In this document: positions 1 to 13,274 of the stretch, piece by piece
Layout of the letters: the number at the start of each line of letters is the position of its first letter
Numbering within the stretch: the first letter of the stretch is position 1
DNA from: the human T2T-CHM13v2.0 reference genome, Homo sapiens
Reading direction: 5' to 3' (one strand)
Assembly (NCBI RefSeq): GCF_009914755.1
Contig: NC_060927.1
DNA length: 64,000 nucleotides
Program-made: the position numbers and the translations under genes
The notes under the pieces: generated by a model
Told to the model about the DNA's origin: nothing
The model's input: only the letters and a program-made list of their open reading frames with translations
The model's database searches: none

Positions 1-616
1 GTGCCGCTAGTTGATCAAAGCCTTCTTTCCCATCAAGCTAAGATGCTCCTCAATCCAAAATTATTGAGCCACTTTTGATGAAAAGAGTTTAAAATTAGTT
101 GAAACTTATTGAATTGCCCTAGCCTTATCCAGATAACAAGAAAAAAAAGAGGCTTAAATTAATAGTACAGCATTCCCACATATCATCAGACCAGAAATAA
201 GATGGAATAGGACAGAGCTATCAGAATAATAGAGACTTTTATAAATACTGAGCATTGTGTGTGGCAGCAGAGTGCACAGGTATGCTCAGATATCCTGAGG
301 TTTAACCAGAAGTTATTATTTTTACTTTTATATGTAACACATGCTAGAAGTTTCCCCTTAGCCTGGACCCTATGATTTTAAAAATATTTTGTCCTTTCAC
401 TCACTGATCTCCAAATTAATATTGGGCAAATATTTAAAAGATCAACAACTGAATAAAAACCAACTTGTTCTTTCAAACAGAGAGAAAACTATATGTATGA
501 GAACTTAAGGATTTCTTATTATCACTAGTAGAATCGAAGTCTTATATTTAACAAGTCATAAATGCCCCTACATATTTGCAGATGCTGATTGTTCTTCCCA
601 TAAATGTTTTACCCAG

Positions 617-2984
617 TAATATAGTTTGGCTTTGTGTCCCCACCCAAATCTCATGGTGAAATGTCATCCCCAGTGTTGGGGGAGGGACCCAGTAGGAGGT
701 GATTGGATCATACAGTGGATTTGCCCCTTGCTGTTCTTATGATAGTGAATGAATTCTCACAAGATCTGGTTGTTTGGAAATAAGTGGCACTTTCCCTTTC
801 TCTCTCTCTCTCTGTCTCTCTCTCTCTCTCTCTCCTGCCACTGTGTGAAGAAGGTCCTTGCTGTCCCTTCACCTTGTGCCATGATTGGAAGTTTCCTGAG
901 GCCTCTCAGTCATGGTTCCTGTTAAGCCTATGGAACTGTGAGCCAATCAAACCTCTTTTCTTCATAAATTACTCAGTCTCAGGTCGTTCTTTATAGCAGT
1001 GTGAAAGCAAACTAATACAGAAAATTGGTACTGGGAGTGCGGCATTGCTATAAAGATACCTGAAAATGTGAAAGCAACTTTAGAACTGGGTAACGGCAGC
1101 AGTTTAAACAGTTTGGAGGGCTCAGAAGTCAGGAAGATGTGGAGAAGTTTGGAACTTCTTAGAGACTTGTTGAATGATTTTGACCAAAATGCTGATAGTA
1201 ATATGGACAGTGATAAGTTCTAGGCTGAGGTGGTAACAGAGGGAGATAAAGAATTTATTGGGAACTGAAACAAAGGTTACTCTTGCTATGCTTTAGCAAA
1301 GAGACTGACAGTATTGTGTCTCTACTCTAGGGATCTCTGGAACTTTGAACTTGAGAGAGATGATTTAGGTATCTGGTGGATGAAACTTCTAAGTAGCTAA
1401 GTGTTCAAGATTTGGCCTGGCTGCTCTTAACAGCATATAGTAATATGTGTTCACAAAGAGATAGTCTGAAATTGGAACTTATGTATAAAAGGAAAGCAGA
1501 ACACAAAAGTTTGGAAAATTTGCAGCATGACCATGCCCATTTTCTGGGGAAAAATTCAAGCCAGCCATAGAAATTTGCATGAGTGAAGATAAACTGAAAT
1601 TTAATAGCCAAGACAATGGAGAAAATGTCTCCAGGTCATGTCAGAGACCTTCACAGCAGCCCCTCCCATCAAAGGCCTGGAGGCCTAGGGGCAAGAAAAG
1701 TGGTTTTGAGGGTCAGGCCCAGGGCCCCACTGCTCTGTGGAGCCTTGAGCTCCAGCCGTGGCTAAAAGGGGCCAAGGTACAGTTCATGCCATGGCTTCAG
1801 AAGGTGTAAGCCCTAAGCCTTGGCAGCTTCCAAGCTTGGGAAGCTGTGGGGCCTGCAGGTGTACAGAAGACAAGAGTTGAGGTTTGGAGCTTCTGCCTAG
1901 ATTTCAGATGATGTACAGAAACACCTGAATGTCCAGGCAGAAATCTGCTGCAGGGACAGACCCTCATGAAGAACCTCTACTAGGATAGTGCAAAGGGGAA
2001 ATATGGGAGTGGAGGCCCCACACAAAGTCCCCAGTGGGGCACTGCCTTTTGGAGCTGTGAGAAGAGGACCACTGTCCTCCAGACCCCAGAATGCTATATC
2101 CACTGACAGCTTGTACTATACACCGGGAAAAGCCACAGTCATCCACAGGTATTCAACATTAGCCCTTGAGAGCAGCCATACGAGCTGTACTCTCCAGAGC
2201 CACAGGGCCAAAGCTGCCCAAGGCCTTGGTGCCCACTTCTCGCATCAATGTGCCCTAGATGTGAGACATGGAGTCAAAGGAAATTATTTTGGAGCTTTGA
2301 AACCTAATGACTGCCCTGCTGTGTTTCAGACTTGCATGGGGGTATGTAGCCCCTTTGTTTTCCCAGTTTCTCCCTTTGGGAATGGGAGCATTTACCCAAT
2401 GCCTATACCCCCATTGTATCTTGGAAGTAACTAACTTGTTTTTTACTTTACAGGCTCATAGGCCTTGTCTCAGATGAGACTTTGGACTTGGACTTTTGAG
2501 TTAATGCTGGGATGAGTTAAGACTTCGGGAGATTGTTGGAAAGGTGTGATTGGTTTTGAAATGTGAGAAGGAAATGAAATTTGGGAGCAGTCAGGGGTGG
2601 AATAATATGGTTTGGCTGTTTTCCCATCCAAATCTCATGTTGAATTACAATCCTCAGTGTTGGGAGAGGGACATGGTAGAAGATGATTAGATCATGGAGG
2701 CAGATTTGCCCCTTGCTGTTTTCATAAATGTGAGTGAGTTTTCATGACATCTGGTTGTTTGAAAATGAGTGGCACTTCCCTCTTTGCTCTCTCTCTTTCC
2801 TTCCACCATGTGAAGAAGGTCCTTGCTTCCCTTTCACCTTCTGCCATGATTGTAAGTTTCCTGAGGTCCCCTCATCATGCTTTCTGTTAAGCCTGTGGAA
2901 CTGTGAATCAATTAAACCTCTTCTGTTCATAAGTTACCCAGGCTCAGGTAGTTCTTTGTAGCAGTGTGAAAACAGCCTAATACA
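617..2984 (+). mobile_element. Full-length MaLR LTR element (MSTA/THE1D-like): 5' LTR 617-1019, internal region 1020-2602, 3' LTR 2603-2984
   Basis: Two direct LTRs (taatatRgtttggct...cccaaatctc ... ctaataca). Internal region starts gaaaattggta and has a purine-rich tract before the 3' LTR. 5-bp TSD cccag at 612-616 and 2985-2989. Confidence 0.93.
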
Positions 2985-3437
2985 CCCAGCCTCTATCTTC
3001 TCCAGGTTTCTGACTCCTTCAGGATTCAGCTAAATGTAACTTCCCCCCACAAAACATTTCTATTTATCCAAGTAACATCAGGTGCCAATTTTCTGGGATC
3101 CTTTGGTATACAAGTGGCATTTCAATAGCATTTTTCACATATGTTGTGATTGTTAAGTTACTTGGTTCCCATACTGAATCGTGAGGTCATTAATTATATA
3201 ACATATTCTACAGGACACCTTTAATTATAATTAATACTGCCTTTAATTATGACAAAGAGAAGGAAAAAGAGGCAAGAAATGAGAAGGAGTAGCTAATAAA
3301 ACTAATAGACATCTCAATTATAACAAGCACACAGGAGAATGCTGTACTCCACAGCCCTGACCAGTACTGCTCCTCCCTCTAATTTGCTTCCTCTTATATG
3401 GCACAGTTATTTGCTAAGTTGTTCAGATCTAGAACTT

Positions 3438-3809
3438 TGTAATAAAGAGTCTGACTCCACTTCTGATGATTGATTGATAACAGTTTTATGACACTACTCT
3501 TTGTTTTTCCGTTGCGCCCCAAAACACCTGGTGCTGCCTCCTTTGATGCAGGTGGGAGATTCATACCATGAATGGGAACTTTTACCCCAGTCCCACACTT
3601 AGCCTCAATAAAACCCTGAGGCAGTCTCTTTTCCTGTTTTCGCAAGTCATTTTTGACTTGTTTGAGAGGGTTGCCTTATTTTCTCCAAAGGCCTCCATTT
3701 ATATATAAAAGGAAACTTTTCATAATCTCTTAGTGTGTGTGGCATCATCAGTCTGGACATTCAAACAAAATTTCAGGGGAGATCTCTTTTGTTTTGGGGG
3801 TTTACTACA
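3438..3809 (+). mobile_element. Old ERV1 solo LTR (MER90/MER110-like)
   Basis: Starts tgtaataaagagtctgactcca, contains aataaa, and ends with gtgtgtggcatcatcagtc...actaca. Family assigned from memory. Confidence 0.5.
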
Positions 3810-3959
3810 ATAATCTTGCAAGTTACTCTTAATTTCTTTTTTCCACACACACCTTATAAATCCTTCATCTGCACCTATGATTTATACTTTCAAATTTATA
3901 TACCCAGTCTTTCCCCTTTTCACGGTCTCACTAGTCTAAGCCATTATCTTAACTTGTAA

Positions 3960-4305
3960 GTCATTTATCACAACCGTTCTATTTTTACCGCTCAAGAATT
4001 AATTTCCACACAACCATTACAGCAATATTTTTAAAAGATAAGTGATATTTAGCCTAGTATTTATGGCTAAATACCATCTGTTGGCCTTTCAACGCATTTA
4101 GAATAAAATCTAATGATTAACATCTACATGAGCTAAGCCATATCCTAATCTGATCTCATCTTCTCCAACTTTTTACCTTTCTTCCTTCCCCTTAATCTAC
4201 TTAAACTACTTCAGCCACACTGGTCTTACTGCTCCTCAGTGCATTAAATATATTCTCTTTCTGGACCTTTACATAGGCTTGATCAGAAAGACTTCCTCAA
4301 TTACC
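3960..4305 (+). mobile_element. L2 LINE fragment
   Basis: cagccacactggtctt...ctggacctttacataggct resembles the L2 3' region. Confidence 0.4.
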
Positions 4306-4913
4306 TGTATTAATCAGAGTTCTTCAAAGAAACAGAACCAATAGAAGACATGTGTGTAAGTATGCGTGTGTCTGTGTGTGTGTGTGTGTAATATATATGT
4401 ATATATCTATATATGCATATGTAGATATATACTTGTATGTATATATCTCTCTATATAGATATATACATATGTAGAGAGTGGGGGGAGTGAGAGAGATTTT
4501 AAGGAATTAGTTTGCACAATTATAGAGGCCTAGAGGTACCATGGTTTGCTGTCTGCAAACTGAACACCCAGGGGAGCTTTTAGTGTAGTTCCAGACTGAG
4601 TCTTTACTCCTGCGAACCATGAATGATGATAGCATAAGTCTCAGTCCAAGGGTGGGAGGAGACAAACATCCCAGCTTAAGCAGTCAGAGAGAGCAAATTC
4701 TTTCATCCTCAACCTTTTAGTTTGATTCTAAATTCTTGGTGGGTTGGATGACACCCACTTGCATTGGCAAGGACAATCTGCTTTACTCACTCTATTGATT
4801 CAAATGCTGATCTCATCCACAAACATCGCACATTCATACTGAGAAATACTATTTAACAAAATACTGGAACACTCCATGATCAGTCAAGTTGATTCATAAA
4901 TTTAGCCATCATA
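4306..4913 (-). mobile_element. MLT2 (ERVL) solo LTR with internal (TG)n/(TA)n microsatellite
   Basis: tgtattaatcagagttcttcaaagaaacagaaccaatag is the reverse complement of the MLT2 3' end; caagttgattcataaatttagccatca is the reverse complement of its 5' end. Confidence 0.85.
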
Positions 4914-5074
4914 TCATTCCTGCCTCAACTAATCACCATCAACTTCTATCACAATGCATCCCTTTATCCTGATTTATTATTTTTTTACATTTAATTGCAT
5001 TTGGTTGCATTATAGGCAGCATTCAAACTTTGTTTCTCTCGTTTATTATAAAATATGGGGAAACGATTTAATTT

Positions 5075-5175
5075 ATTATCCTCAGTTTCTACATGTGCAT
5101 AGTATTGCACAACTTGCCTCATTAGGTCATTGTAGAATAAATAAAATAATAACTTCAGAGTGCTCAGCACATATT
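5075..5175 (+). mobile_element. MIR fragment
   Basis: cctcagtttct...acttgcctcattaggtcattgtag...agtgctcagcaca resembles the MIR core. Confidence 0.4.
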
Positions 5176-5594
5176 TGCAAAACAAATAAAAAAAGACTGG
5201 ATCATCATGAAAATAACCATCAACAGGTGCTTCTAATTATTTTCATTATTCTTCCATAAGTATTTGATTTTGTAAGATAATATATATTTATGTGTATCTC
5301 TGGGTACATTCCGTAGGTAAATTATTATGATTTTATTAAAATATAGTTTATTGAGATGTATATGTAGGTACACATGTCATATATATAGTAAAATATATAT
5401 ATTTACCATATATAGCATAGTAAACTATGCTACATATATATCAATAAATTATATTTTAATTTAGTGATTTTTTACTAAATTAAATTTAACAATTAAATTA
5501 TTAATTTTTTTACTAAATAAAATTATTTCTTGTGTTCCCCATGGGTAACCATTGTTCATTGTAATATACAGTATTTTTAAATTTAATTTAATAG

Positions 5595-5911
5595 TTTTTT
5601 CTTTTTTCTTTTTCTTTTTTTTTTTTTTTTGAGCCAGGGTCTTCCTTTGTCACCCAGACTGGAGTGTAGTGGCATCATTACAGCTCACTGCAAACTCAAC
5701 CTCCAGGCTCAAGGAATCCTACCACCTCAGCCTTCCGAGTAGCTGGGATTACAGACAAGCACTACCACCCCTGGCTAATTTTTGTATTTTTTTTAGAGAC
5801 AGGGTTTTACTATGTTGTCCAGGCTGGTCTCAAACTCCTGGGCTTAAGTGATCTGCCCACCTCACCCTCCCAAAGTGCTGGGACTACAGTTGTGAGCCAC
5901 TGCACCCAGCC
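5595..5911 (-). mobile_element. AluJ
   Basis: Poly-T followed by a dimeric antisense Alu with J-type features (cagctcactgc, ctcctgggcttaagtgat). Confidence 0.92.
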
Positions 5912-5924
5912 TAGGATATAGGTT

Positions 5925-6474
5925 ATTTTTTTTTAATTTTTATTTTAGGTTTGGGGGTGCATATGAAAGTTTGTTACATAGATAAGCACATATAACAGGG
6001 GTTTGCTGTACATATTATTTCATCACCCCAATATTAAACCTAGTACCCAATAGTTAACATTCTTGCTCCTCTCTACCCTCCCACCATCCCCTCTCAAGTA
6101 GACCCCAGTGTCTGTTGTTTCCTTCTTTGTGTTCATAAGTTCTTATTGTCTAACTCACACTTCTAAGTGAGAACATGTGGTATTTGGTTTTTGGTTCCTG
6201 CATTAGTTTGCTAAGGATAACAGCTTCCAGCTCCATCCATGTTCCCACAAAAGACATGATCTTGTTCTTTTTATGGCTGCATAGTATTCCGTGGTGTATA
6301 TACACCACATTGTTTTATCAAATCTGTCATTGATGGTCATTTAAGTTTATTCCTTGTCTTTTCTATCATGAATAACACTGCAATGAACATTCACGTGCAT
6401 GTGCCTTTATGGTAGAATAATTTATATTCCTCTGGATATACACCACGGAATGGAATTGCTGAGTTGAATGGTAG
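5925..6474 (-). mobile_element. L1 (older L1PA/L1PB) 3' end and poly-A; non-inverted part of a twin-primed insertion
   Basis: T-rich tail followed by antisense L1 3'UTR and ORF2 end, finishing at gctgagttgaatggtag. Confidence 0.88.
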
Positions 6475-8931
6475 GAAATCAAGACATGAAAATCCATTTA
6501 AAAGATCAAAGAATCCAGGAGATAGTTTTTTGAAAAAAAATTATAAAATGGATAGGCCACTAGCTAGACTAATAAAGAAGAAAAGAGAGGAGGTCCAAAT
6601 ACACACAATGAAAAATGATTGCAGGGAATGTTACTACTGATCACACTGAAATAAAAACAACCATCAGAAACTACTACAAACGCCTTGACACACAAACTAG
6701 AAAACCTAGAAGAGATGGATAAATTCCCGGACACATACACACTTCCAAGACTGAGCCAGAAAGAAATTGATTCCCTGAAAAGACAACTAATGAGCTTCAA
6801 AACTGAATCAGTAATAAATAGTCTACCAACCAGAAAAAGCCTGGGACCTGACGGACTCACGGTAAAACTCTACCAGGTGCACAAAAAAAAGCTGGTACCA
6901 TTCCTACAGAAACTATTCCAAAAATGTGAGGAGGAGGCCCACATTTTAAGTTCTCCCCAACTTATTCAATTAGGCCAACATCATTTTGATAACAAAACCT
7001 GGCAAAGACACATAAAAAAGAAAACTTCAGGTCAATATCTTTGATGAACATCAATGCAAAAATCCTCAACAAAATACTTGCAAACTGAGTTCAGCCACAC
7101 ATCAGAAAGCTAATCCACCATGATCAAGTAGGCTTCAACCCCAGGATGTCACGTTGGTTTAACATACGAAAATCAATAAATGTAATTCATCACATAAACA
7201 GAAATAAAGACAAAAACCTCATGATTATTTCAATAGATGCAGAAAAGTCTTTTGATAAAAGTAAACATTGCTTCATGTTAAAAACTCTCAACAGACTAGG
7301 TTTTGAAGGAAAATACCTCAAAATAATAAGAGTTATCTATGACACATCCACAACATTATACTGAATGGGCCAAAGTTGGGAGCTTTCCCCTTGAAAACTT
7401 GCACCAGACAAGGATGCCCTCTCTCACCACTTCTGTTCAACATAGTATTGGAAGTCCTAGTTAGGGCAATCAGGCAAGAGAAAGAAATAAAGGCCATCCA
7501 AACAGGAACAGAGGAAGTCGAACTCTCTCTGTTTGCAGATGACATGATTCCTTATCTAGGAAACTCCATAGTCTCAGCCCAAATGCTCCTCCAGCTGATA
7601 AAGAACTTCAGCAAAGTCGCAGGATACAAAATTAATGTAAAAAGATCACAAGCACCTCTATACACCAACAGCCAAATCACAAATGAACTGCATTTACAAT
7701 TGCCATGGTAAGAATAAAATAACTAGGAATACAGCTAACCAGGGAGGTGAAAGATCTTTACCATGAGAATTACAAAACACTGCTCAAAGAAATCAAAGAA
7801 GACACAAACAAATGGAAAAACATTCCAGGCTCATGGATAGAAATAATCAATATTATTAAAATGACTATTCTACCCAAAGCAGTGTACAGATTCAGTGCTA
7901 TTCCTGTTAAACTACCAACAACTTTCTTCAAAGAACTAGGAAAAAAAAAACTATTTTAAAATGCATATGGAACCAAAAAAAGAGCTGGAATAGCCAAGAC
8001 AATCCAAAGCAAAAAGAACAGGGATGAAAGCACCATGCTACACAACTTCAAACTATATTTCAAGGCTACAGTAACCAAAACAGTATTGCACTGTTATAAA
8101 AACAGGCATATGGATGAATGGAAAAGAATAGAGAGTCCAGAAATAAGGCCACACATTTATGACTACCTGATCTTCAACAAAGCTGACAAAAATAAGCAAT
8201 GGAGATAAGACTTCCTAGTCAATAAATGGTACTGGGATAACTGGCCAGCCATAGGCAGAGGATTAAACCTAGATCCCTTCCCTATACCATACACCAAAAA
8301 AAAAAAAAAATCAACTCAAGATGCATTAAAGTCTTAAATGTCAAATCCAAAACTCTAAAAACCCTAGAAGACAAGCTTGGCAATACTACCATCCTGGAGA
8401 TAGTAATGGGCAAATATTCCATGACAAAACACCAAAAGCAATCACAACAAAAGCAAAAATTGACAACTAGGAACTAATTAAACTTAAGAATTTCTGTACA
8501 GCAAAAGAAACTATTAACATAGTAAACAGACTGCCTACAGAATGGGAGAATATATTTGCAAACTATGCAACTGACAAAGTTCTAATATCCAACATCTATA
8601 AGGAATTTAAACAAGTTGATAGGTGAAAAACAAACAACCCCATAAAAAAGTGGGCAAAGGACATGAACAGACACTTCTCCAGAGAACACATCCATGTGGC
8701 CAACAAGCATATGACAAAAAAGCTCATTCTCACTGATCATTAGAGAAATGCAAATCAAAACCACGATGAGATAACACCTCACACCAGTTAGAATAGCTGT
8801 TATTAAAAAGTCAAAAAATGACAGTTGCTGGCGAGGTTGTGGAGAAAATGGAACACTTATGCACTGTTGGTTGGAGTATAAATTAGTTCAATCATTGCGG
8901 AAAGCAGTATGGCAATTCCTCAAAGAGCTAA
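6475..8931 (+). mobile_element. L1 ORF2 (reverse transcriptase region), degenerate; inverted part of the same insertion
   Basis: ORF-track peptides [39 protein letters not shown] and NKWKNIP; many frameshifts and stops. Confidence 0.93.
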
Positions 8932-9969
8932 TAAATTATTATTAAACGTATTTTTTTCAGAATACATATTACATACTCCTTTGTACTTCTAAAATCTTTA
9001 AAGAGATGGAGGGAAATGTTTAGTGGAATATAAACAATAATATTTGGAATGACTTCCTTTAATATAACTCTTACCATGTGGCAAGGACTGTGCTATTTGG
9101 CAAGGTTTTTTTTTTTCATAATTTCACAAAAAGAAAAAATTACACATGTTTTCATTTAAAATCTGGATCAATAACTTTAAAACTCTTATTACTTTATCCT
9201 TTTTTATATCTTAGCAAGAGAGAAGGAGAGATCTGTATATTAAAATCTTAATAAAGTTAAAATGATTATATAGACCATATTGCTTCAGCAACTTCATTTT
9301 CAAACACAGGGATTTTATTTTAGGGTTTTTAGAGTTTTGGATTTGACATTTAAGATACCACCCAGAAAACTTTAGAGTTCCATAACCATGAAAGGTATTG
9401 GAAAAAGAGCAAAAGTGAAAGAAGAGAGTTTTTGTTGTGGTGGTGGTTTCCTATGGACACTATACAATAAAACAAAGAAATTAAGCCAGGCTTCAATTGC
9501 CACTTAAGCATTCAATTAAAATTGTTAACAATGGTGTAACGCATCAGCAAAGCCACTGATGAGGATACACACCTAGCTGAAACCATCTGCTCCCTAATGG
9601 AAGAATGGTAACATTTACAATCAATAAATTGTTTGCTTTGGTCCATGGCCATTTTTCCTGAGTTATTGCAGAAATCAAGCAACCCTTTACCATAAATTGA
9701 CTACCTGTTTAAGTATTTAATACTTGAATATATTTTATTTCAGCCTATGCCTAGTAATTTGGAAGATACTCCCATCAGTATTACTAAAATATTTACTATT
9801 ACTATTCTAATAAATGCAAATGCAAAAATCAACAATCCTCTTCTAACTTTAATTATACTGAACATTTTTATTCTCTTACTACCTTTATAGAATGATCTAG
9901 CCTTAACACTTTTAAATATTAAAATATACAATTTTAACATAATTTTGGATAGTTTCAAGGCTTATACAC

Positions 9970-10893
9970 AGGGATGGTTAATATTAGGTGTCAACCTGAC
10001 TGGATTGAGGGTTGCCTGAATGGATGGTAAAATATTGTTTCTGGGTGTGTTTGTGAGGCTGTTGCCAGAAAAGATTGACATTTGAGTTGGTGGACTGGGA
10101 GAAGAACACCCACCCTCGAAGTGGGTGGGAACCATCCAATTGGCTGCCAGCATGGCTAGAACAAAGCAGGCAGAAGAAGGTGGGAAAAACTTTGCTTGCT
10201 GACTCTTCTGGATATCTTTCTTTTTCTCTGTGGCCAGTGCTTGCTTCTGCTCCTCCCACTCTTGGACATCAGACACCAGGTTTTTATTAGTCCATTTTCA
10301 CACTGCTATAGAGAACTACCAGAGACTGGGTAATTTATAGAGAAAAGAGGTTTAACTGACTCACAGTTCCACATGGCTGGGGTGGCCTCAGAAAACTTAC
10401 AATCATGGTGGAAGGTGAAGGGGAAGCTAGACGTGTCTTACATGGTGGCAGGAGAGAAAGAGAGTGAGGGGGGGAACTGCTGCACACTTATAAACCATCA
10501 GATCTCATGAGAAATCACCCACTGTTAAAAGAATGGCATGGGGGAAACCATTCCCATGATCCAATCACCTCCCACCAGGACCCTCCTCTGATACATGGGG
10601 ATTACAATTTGAGATGAGATTTGGGTGGGAACAAGAAGCCAAACCATATCAAGGTTCTTCAGCTTTTGTACCCTGGAACTGGCAGCAGCAGCTTCCCGGG
10701 GCCTCTTGGGCCTTCAGACAGTAGAATGTAGGTTACACTGCCTGTTTACTGGCTTCTTTCCTTCCCCAACTTGTAGATGGCCTATCATGGTATTTTGCCT
10801 TGTAATCACGTAAGCCAATTCTCTGTAATAAACTCCTCTTTATATATACATATATCCTATTGGTTCTTTCCCTCTGGAGAATGCTGACTAATA
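9970..10893 (+). mobile_element. MLT2B-like solo LTR, interrupted by a THE1 LTR
   Basis: Termini gatggttaatattaggtgtcaacctgactggattg ... cctattggttctttccctctggagaatgctgactaata. Confidence 0.87.
10283..10651 (-). mobile_element. THE1D-like solo LTR nested in MLT2
   Basis: tattagtccattttcacactgct...gccaaaccatatca, with TSD aggtt at 10278-10282 and 10652-10656. Confidence 0.92.
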
Positions 10894-11417
10894 AGTATCC
10901 CAATGTATTATATGAGAAATACATTTTATTAAAAAATATCTGTTAAACCTCGAAGATAAAGATTTATTTCACTTCATTTCTGGAAAGTATTTGCTATATA
11001 GCTGAGTTGGAAATACCCATCCATATCATGAAACTCATCAAACAAATTAGAAATAATTCCTTTGAGAACAACCTAACTTTATTTTTAAATTTAAATAAAC
11101 TGGTTAATAAACATCCATATGAAAATGTTCTCACTTCCGTATTTTAATTTTAAAACAGAAAAATAGATAAATCAATAACAAAGTGACATTTCCCTTCGAA
11201 TATCTTGTTAAATCTCTCATGTTTTACTTCAGTGGTTCTTAGCTTTAGGGGCAGTGCATTCCCTAACTGTGCTTTTGTTTTCTTCCTTAGAGAGTCTCAT
11301 ACCTGAAACAACACATCTTTTGTCTGAAAAATGGGAGAAATACAACTGTGAAAGGAGAGATGGAAATCAAGGGCTAATATATTGATATTCAGTCTTGTCA
11401 ATTTCAGAAAATTCTAC

Positions 11418-12074
11418 TGCCTTAGTCCATTTCGTGCTGCTATAACAAAATACCTGAGACTGGGTAATTTATAATGAACATAATTTATTGGCTTCTGGTA
11501 CTGGAGGCTGGGAAGTCCAAGAAGAAGGATTAGATACCTGGTGAATGTCTTTTTCTGTGTCATCTCATGATAGAAAGCAAGGAAAGAGCAAGAGATTGAA
11601 CTGGGGTTCAAGCCCTTTCTTTTTGTGTTTTTTTTTTTAAGAGAGAGGTTTTGCTCTTGTTGCCCAGGCTGGAGTGTGCAGTGGAGCAATCTCAGCTTAC
11701 CTCAACCTCCCTCTCCTGGGTTCAAGCGATTCTCCTGCCTCAGCCTCCTGAGTACCTGGGATTACAGGCATGCACCACATCTGGCTAATTTTGTATTTTT
11801 TTAGTAGAGACGGAGTTTCTCCATGTTGGTCAGGCTGGTCTCGAACTCCCCACCTCAGGTGATCTGCCTGCCTCGGCCTTCCAAAGTGCTGGGATTACAG
11901 GTGTGAACCACCATGCCTGGCCTCCAGCCCTTTTGTAACCAGCATTAATCCATTCAGAAGGGTGAAACTCTCATGACGTAAAGCCCTCTTGTCAAGCCCC
12001 ACCTCCCAATACTGTTGCATTGAGGATTAAATTTCCAAAGCATGCTTTTGGGTGGACATATTGCAGCCATAGCA
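11418..12074 (-). mobile_element. MST (MSTB/C/D-like) solo LTR interrupted by an Alu
   Basis: cttagtccatttcgtgctgctataacaaaatacctgagactggg ... gccatagca; flanks tctac/tctat. Confidence 0.83.
11617..11922 (-). mobile_element. AluS (Sp/Sq-like)
   Basis: Antisense Alu with the ctcttgttgccc diagnostic; TSD-like agcccttt on both sides. Confidence 0.92.
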
Positions 12075-12439
12075 TCTATCTATGGAATTTAGTATCTGGA
12101 AATTGCTATTCACGATCAAGCTAACACCTGAAAGTCTTCTTTTTCTTCAATTTGAAGATTTTTTGTTTAAATCTTCTCCTTTGTGTTTTCTATTATCTCC
12201 ATTAAAATCTTATTGCAATTATATAAAATGAATTATAAAACATTTAGAGACAGGATGTGCTTTCTGGAAATGTTTTCTTAAAGAAGGGGTGTAATTAAAT
12301 TCTGATGACTACACCTATATGCCTAATTTTAACACCTAACAAAATTTTTGACCAAATTGCTTAACAGTTGATTTGTAAACCCCAGGGTCACAGAAATATC
12401 AGAGGCCTAATTCACGTCAACTTAGTCTTATTTATTACT

Positions 12440-12885
12440 CCATTCAAACCTTAAGTGGGTGGTACCATACACACTTCTCAGGCCAGAATTTACTTTAAGG
12501 TGACAGGGAATTGCTTCATGTGTATATCGTCACTTCATTTTTAGCCCTGGGACTCTTCCTATACAGTGGCCACTTGAAATGGCAAGAGTGCCTCAAAAAG
12601 ATAGGGAAGTGATCATTCAGGGGCCTTCCTCAGTAATGAAACAAATAAGAGCTGATTGGAAAGCAAATAGCTGTTGGAGGTATTCTGTGGGCTTTGCCGA
12701 AGATCCCTGCTGAAACAACCCTCTCATAGTGAGGATCGCAATAATTATCCCTTGTACAGGCTTTTTCTTCTTCCTCATCTCATGTTCTCTCTTCCCCAAC
12801 TCCTATTTTTTGGAATAATCTAATAAACTAATTTAACATAAGACCTTGTTTCAAATTGTGCATTCAGAGAACATAAGCTAAGGGA
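12440..12885 (+). mobile_element. Ancient ERVL LTR (LTR16/LTR33-like)
   Basis: aataaa followed by ...cagagaacataagctaagg, a typical ERVL LTR 3' end; ERVL internal sequence follows. Confidence 0.45.
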
Positions 12886-12889
12886 CTAT

Positions 12890-13272
12890 TGTGGAGGCTA
12901 AAGCAACTCTATCTTTGATGCCAACCTGCTATGTTGACTTATGATTAACTCCAGTTCAGGAAATGTTTCTAAGATTTTCACTTTCACTAACTTACTGCAA
13001 ATGCTGCCTTAGGTCAAAACAATCTTGATATTATTATAAATACTCACTTGCCATAAGCCCTACCCTAGGCAATTTCTCTATAGTATGTAAATCCTGGGTC
13101 CAGGGGATAATGGCTGGGGATCTATCATCTCATCTCACCACAAGACATGACTTCTGTTGCTAAGTCTCTTGAATGTTTCTTTCTGAGAAACTGGATTTTT
13201 GACCCTCTTTCTTCGCCTCAGAATGTTTGGCCTTTGGGGGTAAGTTTGCATAGACCTGCTTACCACAGAATA
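12890..13272 (+). mobile_element. ERV1 solo LTR (MER4 group, MER93-like)
   Basis: Starts tgtggaggctaaagcaactctatcttt and ends ...tttgggggtaagtttgcatagacctgct. Confidence 0.65.
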
Positions 13273-13274
13273 AT

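Noticed and set aside
1988-2434. 148-aa ORF as a host gene
   Set aside because: It lies wholly within MaLR internal sequence and starts at GTG.
6685-7959. Functional reverse transcriptase
   Set aside because: L1 ORF2 is broken into several frames by indels and stops, and has no promoter or EN domain.
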